Assembly (NCBI GenBank): GCA_963816145.1
Contig: CAWFJP010000011.1
Span: 288,001 to 352,000 of the forward strand
DNA: 64,000 nt
Origin: an uncultured delta proteobacterium
Lineage (GTDB): Bacteria; Desulfobacterota; Binatia; UBA9968
Reading direction: 5' to 3'
Positions 19,504 to 30,060 of the stretch are shown piece by piece. A model generated the notes under the pieces. It searched no databases, was not told where the DNA came from, and was given only the letters and a program-made list of their open reading frames with translations. Every line of letters begins with the position of its first letter. Position 1 is the stretch's first letter. Both the position numbers and the translations under genes were made by a program.

Positions 19504-20475
19504 CTAAAGACCGGCTTTGATCAGATCGTGCAAATGAACGATGCCGACCGGTTTCTTGGTCTCGTGCTCAAGCACGAACAACGACGTGATCGGAAACTTT
19601 TCCATGACCGCGACGGCTTCACTCGCCAAGGTTTCAGCGGGGATGGTTTTGGGATTGCGTGTCATTAATTCTCGGGCCGGCAAGGAGAGAATCTGTCCCT
19701 TACTCTCCAACCCGCGGCGCAGATCGCCATCGGTGAGAACCCCGACGAGCTGTTGTTTGTCGTTAATCACACCAGTGACGCCCAGGCGCTTTGCGGTAAT
19801 CTCGAACAGCGCATCCTTTACAGTGGTCGTCTCCCGAACCAATGGCAAACGCTCGCCGCGATACATCAAGTCTTCGACTCGCAACAACAGCTTGCGGCCC
19901 AACATGCCGCCTGGATGGCGCATGGCGAAGTCCGCCTCATTGAAGCCCTTCTGCTCAAGCAGAACCACCGCGAGGGCATCGCCCATGGCCAAAGTAACCG
20001 TCGTGCTGGTGGTCGGCGCCAAACCGAGCGGACAGGCCTCTTCTTTGACGCCAACATCCAGAACAACTTCTCCCGCTTTAGCGAGTGTCGATTCCGGATT
20101 GCCGGTGATTACAATTAGCTTGAGGCCATAATGTTTGAAATGGGGCAGCAGTTTCAATATTTCATCGGTCTCACCGCTGTTGGAAACCGCCACCACGACA
20201 TCGTCCGGCATCACCATGCCGAGATCGCCATGCAAAGCATCGGCGGAATGCAGGAATAACGCCGGGGTGCCCGTGCTTGACAAAGTTGAGGCGATTTTCG
20301 CACAGATCAGACCCGACTTGCCGACGCCGGCGACGACCACCTTGCCTTTGCAGTGCTTCATAATCTCGACGGCGCGGACGAAGTTTTCGTCCAAGCGGTC
20401 AATCACGGACAGGAGCCCCTCGGCCTCCGTCCGCAAAACCTTGGCGGCACGGCTAAGAATGGTTTGCTTATTCAC
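19504..20475 (-). CDS. kdsD: arabinose-5-phosphate isomerase (KpsF/GutQ; SIS plus 2 CBS domains)
   Basis: GVGKSG, HGDLG, SNSGET, EACPLGLAPTTST and HPGG motifs; C-terminal CBS pair. Confidence 0.95.
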   Translation of the reverse strand: MNKQTILSRAAKVLRTEAEGLLSVIDRLDENFVRAVEIMKHCKGKVVVAGVGKSGLICAKIASTLSSTGTPALFLHSADALHGDLGMVMPDDVVVAVSNSGETDEILKLLPHFKHYGLKLIVITGNPESTLAKAGEVVLDVGVKEEACPLGLAPTTSTTVTLAMGDALAVVLLEQKGFNEADFAMRHPGGMLGRKLLLRVEDLMYRGERLPLVRETTTVKDALFEITAKRLGVTGVINDKQQLVGVLTDGDLRRGLESKGQILSLPARELMTRNPKTIPAETLASEAVAVMEKFPITSLFVLEHETKKPVGIVHLHDLIKAGL

Positions 20476-20479
20476 AATA

Positions 20480-21307
20480 TCAAAGGCCTTTGATCAGCGC
20501 GTCGATCTCTTTGACCTTGCGAATCAACGCTTCGAAGTTTTCCAGCGCCAAGGAATTAGGCCCATCGCTCAACGCCTGATCGGGGTTTTCATGCACTTCC
20601 ATGAACAGCGCATCAACCCCGGTGGCGACCCCGGCACGCGACAGGGCAGGAATATACTTGCGTTCGCCGCCGGAAGCGTTGCCCAAGCCGCCGGGCAACT
20701 GCAAGCTATGCGTGGCGTCGAAAACCACCGGGTAGCCCATTTCGCGCATGACCACGAGTGAGCGCATGTCGGAAACGAGATTATTGTAACCGAATGACGC
20801 GCCGCGCTCGGTGACGAGAATCTGCTCGTTGCCAGCGGCAAGAATTTTGTCGATGACGTTGCGCATATCCCAGGGCGCGAGAAACTGGCCCTTCTTGACG
20901 TTAACGACCCTGCCGGATCGGGCGACCGCGACGACGAAATCCGTCTGGCGGCAGAGAAACGCCGGGATTTGCAGAATATCGACAACCTCTTTGACCGCCG
21001 CCACTTGATCGGTTTCGTGGACATCGGTGAGCACCGGCACGCCGATCTTTTGTTTGATCTCGGCCAGAATCGCCAACCCCTTGTCGAGACCGAGTCCGCG
21101 GAAGGAGTTGAGCGAGCTGCGGTTGGCCTTGTCGTAAGATGATTTGAAAATATACGGCACGCCGACGCGGTCGGCACGATCTTTGAGCGCCGCGGCGTGG
21201 CGCAACGCCGACTCCCTGCTTTCGATTACACAAGGTCCGGCGATGACCGCCAGCGGGCCGTCGCCGCCGATGGCCACGTTATTAATTTTTATCAGCTTGG
21301 TAGGCAT
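20480..21307 (-). CDS. kdsA: KDO 8-phosphate synthase
   Basis: [26 protein letters not shown] and DATHS motifs. Confidence 0.97.
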   Translation of the reverse strand: MPTKLIKINNVAIGGDGPLAVIAGPCVIESRESALRHAAALKDRADRVGVPYIFKSSYDKANRSSLNSFRGLGLDKGLAILAEIKQKIGVPVLTDVHETDQVAAVKEVVDILQIPAFLCRQTDFVVAVARSGRVVNVKKGQFLAPWDMRNVIDKILAAGNEQILVTERGASFGYNNLVSDMRSLVVMREMGYPVVFDATHSLQLPGGLGNASGGERKYIPALSRAGVATGVDALFMEVHENPDQALSDGPNSLALENFEALIRKVKEIDALIKGL

Positions 21308-21325
21308 CGATGCAGACGGACTAGA

Positions 21326-22981
<1,656 letters not shown>

Positions 22982-23755
22982 TCAGTTTGACCGCCGCTTC
23001 AAGTAATTCTCCGCCCGCAGCAGATCCGCGGGAGTATCCACTTCCACCGACCGCTCGTCCACCTGGGCCACGTAAATCCGATGACCGTTTTCTAACGCGC
23101 GCAACTGCTCCAAGCTTTCGATCTGTTCCAACGCTGTCGGCCGGAGCCGCGAGAATTTCAACAAGAATTCCCGCCGATAAACATACAAGCCGAGATGCCG
23201 ATAGCCCCAAAGCCGGCGCCTACTACTTCCAGCGATTTTCTTGCCGCTTGGATCGAAGGCATCGTTGCGTCGAAACGGAATCGGCGCACGGGTAAAAAAC
23301 AACGCCAGCCGGGCCTTGTCGGTAAGCACTTTGACAACATTCGGATTGCGCCATTCGCTTTCATCGTAAATCGCCGTGCAGACCGTGCCCATCGGGATGT
23401 TGCGGTCACGCCGTAAAGGTTGCACCGCCTGAGTAATCGTTTTATCGCTAATAAACGGCAAATCGCCCTGAACATTCACCAGCAGATCAGCCTTGATCCT
23501 GCGCGCCACCTCCGCCAAACGATCGGTGCCGCTGGCATGATCGGGCGAGGTCATCATGACCTCGCCGCCAAATTTCTTTACCGCAGCTTCAATGCGCCGG
23601 TCGTCGGTAGCCACGATCACCCGGTCCAACACTCTGGCTTTGGCCGCGCTCTGGTAAACATGCTGGATCATCGGCCGGCCGCCGATCCGGGCTAACGGTT
23701 TACCCGGTAAACGGGTCGATCCAAAGCGCGCCGGGATAATCGCCACAACGCGCAT
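22982..23755 (-). CDS. kdsB: CMP-KDO synthetase
   Basis: IPARFGSTRLPGKPL, SGTDR, NVQGD and ESLEQLRALENG motifs. Confidence 0.96.
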   Translation of the reverse strand: MRVVAIIPARFGSTRLPGKPLARIGGRPMIQHVYQSAAKARVLDRVIVATDDRRIEAAVKKFGGEVMMTSPDHASGTDRLAEVARRIKADLLVNVQGDLPFISDKTITQAVQPLRRDRNIPMGTVCTAIYDESEWRNPNVVKVLTDKARLALFFTRAPIPFRRNDAFDPSGKKIAGSSRRRLWGYRHLGLYVYRREFLLKFSRLRPTALEQIESLEQLRALENGHRIYVAQVDERSVEVDTPADLLRAENYLKRRSN

Positions 23756-24035
23756 GGAATCACGATTTCACGGATGCAATGACGATCGAATAAATGGTTA
23801 ATGTTGGCATGGCGTTGCCAAAAACAAAAAACCGCAATGGCTTTCCCCGAAAGCGCATCACGGAATTCGATAATACGCCCGAGCCTAAAAGCTGTCAACG
23901 CGAAATGGCCATTCCGACATGTCGACAGCAAAAAAGTTCTCCATCGATGCAAGACTGTGGATAATTCGGCGCTTGACGGATCGAGGCAAAGTCGTGATAG
24001 AAGTGGAGGGAGATTTGCGGATTAGGAATTTACCC

Positions 24036-24962
24036 ATGGCAGAGTTAATCAAAATCAAAGCGGGCTTCGCCACGGTCGGCCAGGGGGCCGGGCCGATGAT
24101 GGTAACTTGGAAAGCCGGATTGTTCCGCAAGCATGGCCTCGATGTCGACCGCCCGCCGGTCATGGGCGGCGCCAAGGGCGTGGTGCGCGGCTTAATGTCG
24201 GGCGAAATTCAGTTTGGTAACCTGGCGGCGCCGGCGCCGCTGCGTGCCAATCTCAAGGGCGAGGCCGATGTGGTTTTCCTGACCGGCGGTATCAATCAAC
24301 AATTTCTAGTCGGGCGCCCCGGCATCAACGGCCGAGAAGAATTGGCTGGTAAGAAAATCGGCACGGTTAACGACGGCGGCATCGGCGACGCGCTGGTGAA
24401 GTTCGTGATCGCCAAACTCGCCGCCGCCGGCATCAAGGGCCTGCAAGAAGTGACCATCGATCATGGCGCCGCGGCGGAGATGGACGCGCTGCTCAGCGGA
24501 AAAGTCGATGTCGTCGTCGGCACGCCGCCCGAATGCATCGACGCCATCCGCCGTGGCTGCAAGTATTTGATCGATTTCGCCGATTACGGGCTTAACTACG
24601 CCTTGGGGGGCATCGCCGGACGCCGCGATTACATCGAGAAGAATCCCGACATCACCCGGCGATTCGTCAAAGCCTACATCGAAGGCATGCACCGTTACCG
24701 CACCGACCGGGAATTTACCGTCGATGTCCAGGCCGACTACAGCGGCATCGCCGACCGCACCATCGCCGAGGAAACCTACGACCTCACCCAACCTGGCATG
24801 CCGCGGGCGCCCTACCCGGTAGTCGCCTCGCTGCAAACCCTGCTCGATTTCATGGCCAGGGATCTACCCGAGGCCAGAGGTGCCGACGCCAGGAAATTTG
24901 TCGACGACCGGTTTATCCGTGAGCTGGAGAATAACGGTTTTATCAATTCATTGGGTCAGTAG
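24036..24962 (+). CDS. NMT1/THI5-like (SsuA/TauA-type) substrate-binding-fold protein with no obvious signal peptide
   Basis: GLFRKHGLDV, ELAGKKIG, ALLSGKVD, ..NPDITRRFVKAY and FVDDRFI motifs; start placed at ATG 24036. Confidence 0.8.
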   Translation: MAELIKIKAGFATVGQGAGPMMVTWKAGLFRKHGLDVDRPPVMGGAKGVVRGLMSGEIQFGNLAAPAPLRANLKGEADVVFLTGGINQQFLVGRPGINGREELAGKKIGTVNDGGIGDALVKFVIAKLAAAGIKGLQEVTIDHGAAAEMDALLSGKVDVVVGTPPECIDAIRRGCKYLIDFADYGLNYALGGIAGRRDYIEKNPDITRRFVKAYIEGMHRYRTDREFTVDVQADYSGIADRTIAEETYDLTQPGMPRAPYPVVASLQTLLDFMARDLPEARGADARKFVDDRFIRELENNGFINSLGQ

Positions 24963-25973
24963 ATGAAAATGTGCAAGTTTAGGACTGGAGTCCTCGTTTT
25001 GTTGTGGGTCTCGCTACTGCCCGCAGTTGTCAACGCAGCTGCCACTGAGAGTTTGATCGATGCCGCCAAGCGGGAGGGCGAGCTTGTCTATTACGCGTCG
25101 ATGAATCTGGGCGAAGCCAATGCCATTATCAACGAGTTCGAGAAGCGCTATCCGTACATCAAAGTCAGACTGCAGCGCACCGGCAGTGAAAAGTTGCTGA
25201 CCCGAGTCTTGACTGAATTCCGCGCCAAGAAAACTTTTGCCGACATCATTCAGACTGTGGAATTCAGCATGCATATATTCAATCGCAGCGGCGTGCTGGC
25301 GCGTTACATGCCGCAATCGAATGGTTTGTACGCCAAAGATTTTAAGGAAGAAGGATTTTGGACCACGGTCTATTACAACGCCTACGTGAGTGCTTACAAC
25401 ACCCGCTTGGTACCAGCGGGGCAACTAGCGAAATCCTATGCCGATCTGCTCGATAGCAAATGGAAGGGCAAGCTGTTGATGGAAGGAACCAAGGCCGATT
25501 GGTTCGCCGGCATGTTACAAATCCTTGGGCCAGAGCGCGGCCTCAAATACATGCGGGAGTTGGCCAGGCAACAGCCGAGCCCGCGCGAAGGCCATGAGCT
25601 GTTGGCACAATTAGTCGTTGCCGGTGAAGGCGTTTACGATATCAATATTCCAGCGTCGTCGGTGGAGCGCATGAAAGAACGCGGCGCGCCGATTGATTGG
25701 ACCGCGCTTGGCCCGGTGCCGGCGATCATGGTCGGCGCGGGGATCGCCACCGGCGCGCCGCATCCGAACGCCGCGAAATTGTTTTTGGAATTTGTGTTAT
25801 CGCGCGAAGGACAGAAGCTTATGCAGACCCCCGGCCGCCATATCGCCCGCAGCGACCTTGCCAACGAGCAGGCGGCGATGCTCAAAGCGTTGAAGATCGT
25901 CCCGGTCGAGCCGGCGCTGGCGGAAAGACTCGACGAGTACGCCAAACAAATGCGCGGGATTTTTGGCGGCTAA
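24963..25973 (+). CDS. extracellular solute-binding protein (Fe3+/thiamine/polyamine-like class)
   Basis: Signal peptide, AAKREGELVYY, YNTRLV, DLLD.KWKG and APHPNAAKLF motifs. Confidence 0.85.
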   Translation: MKMCKFRTGVLVLLWVSLLPAVVNAAATESLIDAAKREGELVYYASMNLGEANAIINEFEKRYPYIKVRLQRTGSEKLLTRVLTEFRAKKTFADIIQTVEFSMHIFNRSGVLARYMPQSNGLYAKDFKEEGFWTTVYYNAYVSAYNTRLVPAGQLAKSYADLLDSKWKGKLLMEGTKADWFAGMLQILGPERGLKYMRELARQQPSPREGHELLAQLVVAGEGVYDINIPASSVERMKERGAPIDWTALGPVPAIMVGAGIATGAPHPNAAKLFLEFVLSREGQKLMQTPGRHIARSDLANEQAAMLKALKIVPVEPALAERLDEYAKQMRGIFGG

Positions 25974-26013
25974 CCTAATAACGAGCCATTCTTAATCAGC
26001 AAAGGAGAAAACC

Positions 26014-26787
26014 ATGCGTTTCATGTTTTTAAACCATTCTGCTCAACGGCATTCCGCCGAGCTCGAAGTCCATATCGCTAAGCTGCTCAAGAGTTATGCT
26101 TCACCGGATACCACCTTCGAGCTCGCCTATCCGGAAGATCTTGGCGGCGGCGCCGTGTTGAGCTTGCTCGAAGAGCGCAAAGCTCTCTCCGGCCTGCATC
26201 ATATTTTGGAAACTCCGGCGCTGGTGAAAAAAGCCATCGAAGCCGAGCATCAAGGCTTCGACGCGGTGATCCAGAGCAACACCTTCGATCCCGGCGTCGA
26301 AGCGAGCCGCTTGGCGGTGCGCATCCCGGTGATCGGCCTGTTGCGCGCGTCATTACACTTCGCCGCCAGCATCTGCGACCGTTTCGGCCTGATCGTGCCG
26401 TTGGAAACCCATATGCCGCACACCATGCGCATGGTGCAAACCTATGGCATGACCCAGTTCGTCAGCGGTATCCGCACCGTCGGCCTCTATGACACCGGCG
26501 ATCTGTCGGGCTATCATGATGTCGTCATCGAGCGCACTCTGGCGGTCGGCAAAGAGCTGGTCGCCCAAGGCGCCCAGGCGATTATTCCCCTGGGCGGCAA
26601 GATTTATCCCTACGTGGTCACCCCGGAAGAGTTGGAACCCCATCTCGGCGTGCCGGTGATCAATACTAAAGCGGTCGGCGTGAGCTACGCGGAACTAATG
26701 GCGCGCAACCATATTAAACACAGCATCAAAGCCTATCCCTGCCCCACGGGTCTTGATCCCGACGCGGTATCCAAACGGTCCAAGTAG
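26014..26787 (+). CDS. Asp/Glu/hydantoin racemase-family protein lacking the canonical catalytic Cys pair
   Basis: AE..GFDAVI...FDPGVEASR..RIPVIG, GAQAII and LGVPVIN pattern. Confidence 0.75.
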   Translation: MRFMFLNHSAQRHSAELEVHIAKLLKSYASPDTTFELAYPEDLGGGAVLSLLEERKALSGLHHILETPALVKKAIEAEHQGFDAVIQSNTFDPGVEASRLAVRIPVIGLLRASLHFAASICDRFGLIVPLETHMPHTMRMVQTYGMTQFVSGIRTVGLYDTGDLSGYHDVVIERTLAVGKELVAQGAQAIIPLGGKIYPYVVTPEELEPHLGVPVINTKAVGVSYAELMARNHIKHSIKAYPCPTGLDPDAVSKRSK

Positions 26788-26868
26788 TCAGTACAGCAGC
26801 CAGTTGCAAAGGGCTTGTGCAGTCACTATGAGTTAGATTTGAATTTTACGTGAGGAGACGCCGAGGTC

Positions 26869-27963
26869 ATGATTATCGATAGCGACGGACATTTTTTCGA
26901 GACCGAAGAAATCTTCGACAAATACATGGAACCGGCTCTGCGCAATTACCGGCCGCGCCTGCTGGGCGACGAGCAAGGCCATAACTTCTGGGTGGTCGAC
27001 GGCCAGACCTCTTACAAACGACCGACCATCAAAGGCGCCGGTGCACCGGGAACCGCCGCCCCTCCAGGAAAAGCGCTGCAATCGGCGCGGCGCGCTTCGC
27101 CGGGAAGCCAGACCCTGACCAATTTGAAAGAACGATTGGTCGATCTCGACCGTGAAAAGATCGACTTGCAGTTCATCTACCCGAGTTTTCTGCTCCATGC
27201 CAACTCCTGGCCCGACGGTGTTTTGGGCAACGGCATCTGCCGCGCTTACAACACCTGGCTCAACGAAGCATGCAACCAAGCGCCGGATCGCTTGAAGGCG
27301 GTCGGCGTCGTGACCTTGCTCGATCCGGAGGGGGCGGCCAAAGAGATCACCCGGCTCAACGACATGGGTGTCAAAGCGGTTATGATCAACGGCACCGCCG
27401 GCGCCAGACGCTTGGATCATCCCGAGCATGACGTCTTCTTCGCCGAATGCGACCGGGTGAGAATGCCGATCGCAGTGCACTTTAGTTTGCAGTTCCCATT
27501 CGTCGACAAACTGTTCGAGCACCACTTCCCCAACCGCGTGCTTGCCGGCATCTTTCCGATCATGGCGGGCCTCACCAGTGTGCTCTGCTCCGGCCTGTTG
27601 GATCGTTTCCAGAACCTCAAGTTCGCCTTCTTAGAGGGCGGTATCAGCTGGGTGCCGGCCCATGTCGAGCGCATGGACGACCACTTTGAAAATCCGCGCT
27701 ACGGCGCCAAGGATCTGCTCAGCCATCCGCCCAGCGACTATCTCAAGAGCGGCAGGATTTTCTTCGGCTGCGAAGGCAACGAGGCGACCCTGCCGAAGAT
27801 CGTGAGCGAAGTCGGCGAGGATCTCTTCATGTTTTCTTCCGACTATCCCCACGCCGACCGCAGCGAAGGCACGGCGACGGTGCTCAAGGATCGCGGCGAT
27901 ATCGCCGTCTCGGTGCGCAAGAAACTTTTAGAGGACAACGCGCGCCATTTTTACAGTCTGTAG
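26869..27963 (+). CDS. amidohydrolase_2 family protein
   Basis: IIDSDGHFFE, RAYN.WL, IAVH, FLEGG..W, FSSDYPHAD and NARHFY motifs. Confidence 0.9.
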   Translation: MIIDSDGHFFETEEIFDKYMEPALRNYRPRLLGDEQGHNFWVVDGQTSYKRPTIKGAGAPGTAAPPGKALQSARRASPGSQTLTNLKERLVDLDREKIDLQFIYPSFLLHANSWPDGVLGNGICRAYNTWLNEACNQAPDRLKAVGVVTLLDPEGAAKEITRLNDMGVKAVMINGTAGARRLDHPEHDVFFAECDRVRMPIAVHFSLQFPFVDKLFEHHFPNRVLAGIFPIMAGLTSVLCSGLLDRFQNLKFAFLEGGISWVPAHVERMDDHFENPRYGAKDLLSHPPSDYLKSGRIFFGCEGNEATLPKIVSEVGEDLFMFSSDYPHADRSEGTATVLKDRGDIAVSVRKKLLEDNARHFYSL

Positions 27964-28028
27964 CTGTTCCAGCAGGACCTGCGATGGAGAAGAAAGCCAA
28001 CGAATCGCGCTCTCTTTCGATTCGCTAG

Positions 28029-28062
28029 GGGGAATCGACGATGTCGATTGCCCCTTTTTTTT
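28029..28062 (+). terminator. intrinsic terminator
   Basis: GGGGAATCGAC-GAT-GTCGATTGCCC followed by a T run. Confidence 0.8.
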
Positions 28063-28203
28063 ATGTCCTACGCGAACAAAGCTCGAATTCCTGTGTTTTT
28101 GCCCGCTCAAGAACCTAGCTTGATTTACCCTCTTCCAATACTATAAAATTTTCTCACTTGATCGAGCTGAAACCCTGTCGAGGTGATGCAAGGAGGAGTG
28201 GTG

Positions 28204-28386
28204 ATGGATTTTCCGAAATGTCAGAAATGCAATAACGGCGTGCTCATCCCGCTCTCAGACTATGGCCAAGACGGCGCCTCGGTGATGTACAAAGCCTGGG
28301 CTTGCACCAACCCCGACTGCGGCTTTTCTCTACGGGTCGATAAAGGCGAGGTTACGTATGGTAAGAAGATCGAGCACAAACACTGA
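28204..28386 (+). CDS. small Zn-ribbon-like protein of unknown function
   Basis: CQKC and CTNPDC Cys pairs; strong RBS AGGAGG; 60 aa. Confidence 0.75.
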   Translation: MDFPKCQKCNNGVLIPLSDYGQDGASVMYKAWACTNPDCGFSLRVDKGEVTYGKKIEHKH

Positions 28387-28475
28387 GGATGCTTGTCTAA
28401 TCTGCTGTTTCTAAGCGATCTGGAGATTCCCTTGGCGTTCTTTAACCCTCACTCTGCGTCCAAATAACCCCATTC

Positions 28476-29132
28476 TCATGCTGGCATGGTCCGATTGAAG
28501 CTCTGAATCGCCCGGCCAAACAGTTCACATCCGGTGTTCAAAGCCGCCAAGCATTTCTGCTGTGTCTCGGCTTCGGTGGCGTAACGTTTTAGAATTTCCG
28601 GGGCGATCCATTCATGGCCTTCTTCTTCGGCGAGCAACACGTCGCGGTAGATTGCCGCGGTGGTCGGATCGATGGCGCCGACCCGCTCGATAAACGACTT
28701 TGAGGTTCGCGGGAAAAACTCTTCGTGGCCGAACTGCACGCTGGCGATCAGCTCGCACAAGGAACCCAAGCCGGCATGAAAATCCCACAGCTCTTTTAAC
28801 TCGGCCAGAGGACTGTTCCACAACCCGTCAGGGTCGCCGTTGAGATCGCTAATGCGCTTGCGCAGGATCGAGGTATGTTTCAACTCGTTGACGACATATT
28901 CGGACATCGGCTGTTGGAGGTCGAGGTCGGGGATCTTGCTCACCCATGGCGCGGTCACTTCGGCGGCTTTGCGCTCCATGACAACACCAAATTGCAAACG
29001 GCGCAGCACGATCGCCGGCGTCAACGGCTTCTCTGCGCCGTAGCTCTTGCGTTCAGCATTCATCTTCTCCCAAAAAGCTTCGCGCGTGGCGACTAGTTGC
29101 TGCAAAAATTCATCGGGCTTCAGTGCTTCCAT
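28476..29132 (-). CDS. ferritin-like diiron four-helix-bundle protein
   Basis: Two ExxH motifs (NELKH, EEEGH) with upstream Glu residues (MERK, HEE); RBS GGAGG before ATG 29132. Confidence 0.7.
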   Translation of the reverse strand: MEALKPDEFLQQLVATREAFWEKMNAERKSYGAEKPLTPAIVLRRLQFGVVMERKAAEVTAPWVSKIPDLDLQQPMSEYVVNELKHTSILRKRISDLNGDPDGLWNSPLAELKELWDFHAGLGSLCELIASVQFGHEEFFPRTSKSFIERVGAIDPTTAAIYRDVLLAEEEGHEWIAPEILKRYATEAETQQKCLAALNTGCELFGRAIQSFNRTMPA

Positions 29133-29257
29133 GATTCCTCCGCCGGATCTCGTCCCAACGATTGACTCCGCCAATCATTTAGGTTTTAACAATACAGGAA
29201 ATTAGACCTCGGTGAAAGCTGGTTAACCGGCCTAAGCGCTCATAATCAAAGACTTTA

Positions 29258-30001
29258 ATGGACTCCGGCCAAGCAAAAATCTTCGTTGATGATCTTTACG
29301 AGCAAGTCTACCGCCACTGGCAAAAGCGCATTCACCACGGCGAGTTCATGACCCGCCTGCGTGACGGCACGTTGCCGTTACCCTGCCTGCGGCGCTTTTT
29401 CAAAGACTGGGGGTTATTCTCCATCGAGGTGGTCGCTCTCAATGCGGTATCCTATTATGTCCATTTGCCTTTCTTCGTGGAGAATTTCGATTTGCTGGCG
29501 CCGCTCTGCGACAAAGTCGCCGAAGAACTGATTTCGCCGAAACCGCCAGGCCATATTTTGATCTTGCTGGAAACGGCCAACGCTTTGGGGTTAAGCAAAG
29601 AAGAACTCTTCGAACAACCGGCCTCGGCGCCGGGACGCGCCATCAGCGACTACTGTCGACGAGTGTTTCAAGACGGTTCGATCATCGAACTCTGGGGCGC
29701 CCATGTTTACGAAGAGACCCTCGGCCATTGGTCGCAGCAATGGAGCCAGGCGCTGGTCGGCCATTACGGCTTGAGCCAACGCCAAGCGATTTATTTCAAT
29801 GCCCACGCCGAAGCCGACCTGGTCCAGCATGAAGACCATATGGGCCATGGGCCACTCAATCGCATGATCCTTCAGCGCATTCTTGAGCAGGGTAAGACGG
29901 CTAAGAAATTAGGCTATGATCCAAAGTACTGCGCCTTCACCATGGTCGACCTTCAGGCGCTCATGGAACAGCACGCCCTGGACAATCCCTACCCCGCATA
30001 A
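29258..30001 (+). CDS. heme-oxygenase-like diiron oxidase (TenA/PqqC/CADD-like)
   Basis: EEL......GH, VYEE, YG...YF.AH..AD..H..H metal-ligand pattern. Confidence 0.7.
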   Translation: MDSGQAKIFVDDLYEQVYRHWQKRIHHGEFMTRLRDGTLPLPCLRRFFKDWGLFSIEVVALNAVSYYVHLPFFVENFDLLAPLCDKVAEELISPKPPGHILILLETANALGLSKEELFEQPASAPGRAISDYCRRVFQDGSIIELWGAHVYEETLGHWSQQWSQALVGHYGLSQRQAIYFNAHAEADLVQHEDHMGHGPLNRMILQRILEQGKTAKKLGYDPKYCAFTMVDLQALMEQHALDNPYPA

Positions 30002-30060
30002 CCCTACGCGAACCGACCACGCTGCGATCTCAAACTCTTAACGGCGCTTCGGAATTACCC

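Noticed and set aside
23804-23821. sigma54 promoter at TTGGCATGGCGTTGCC
   Set aside because: GG-to-GC spacing is 9 nt on both strands, not the required 10; kept only as a palindrome
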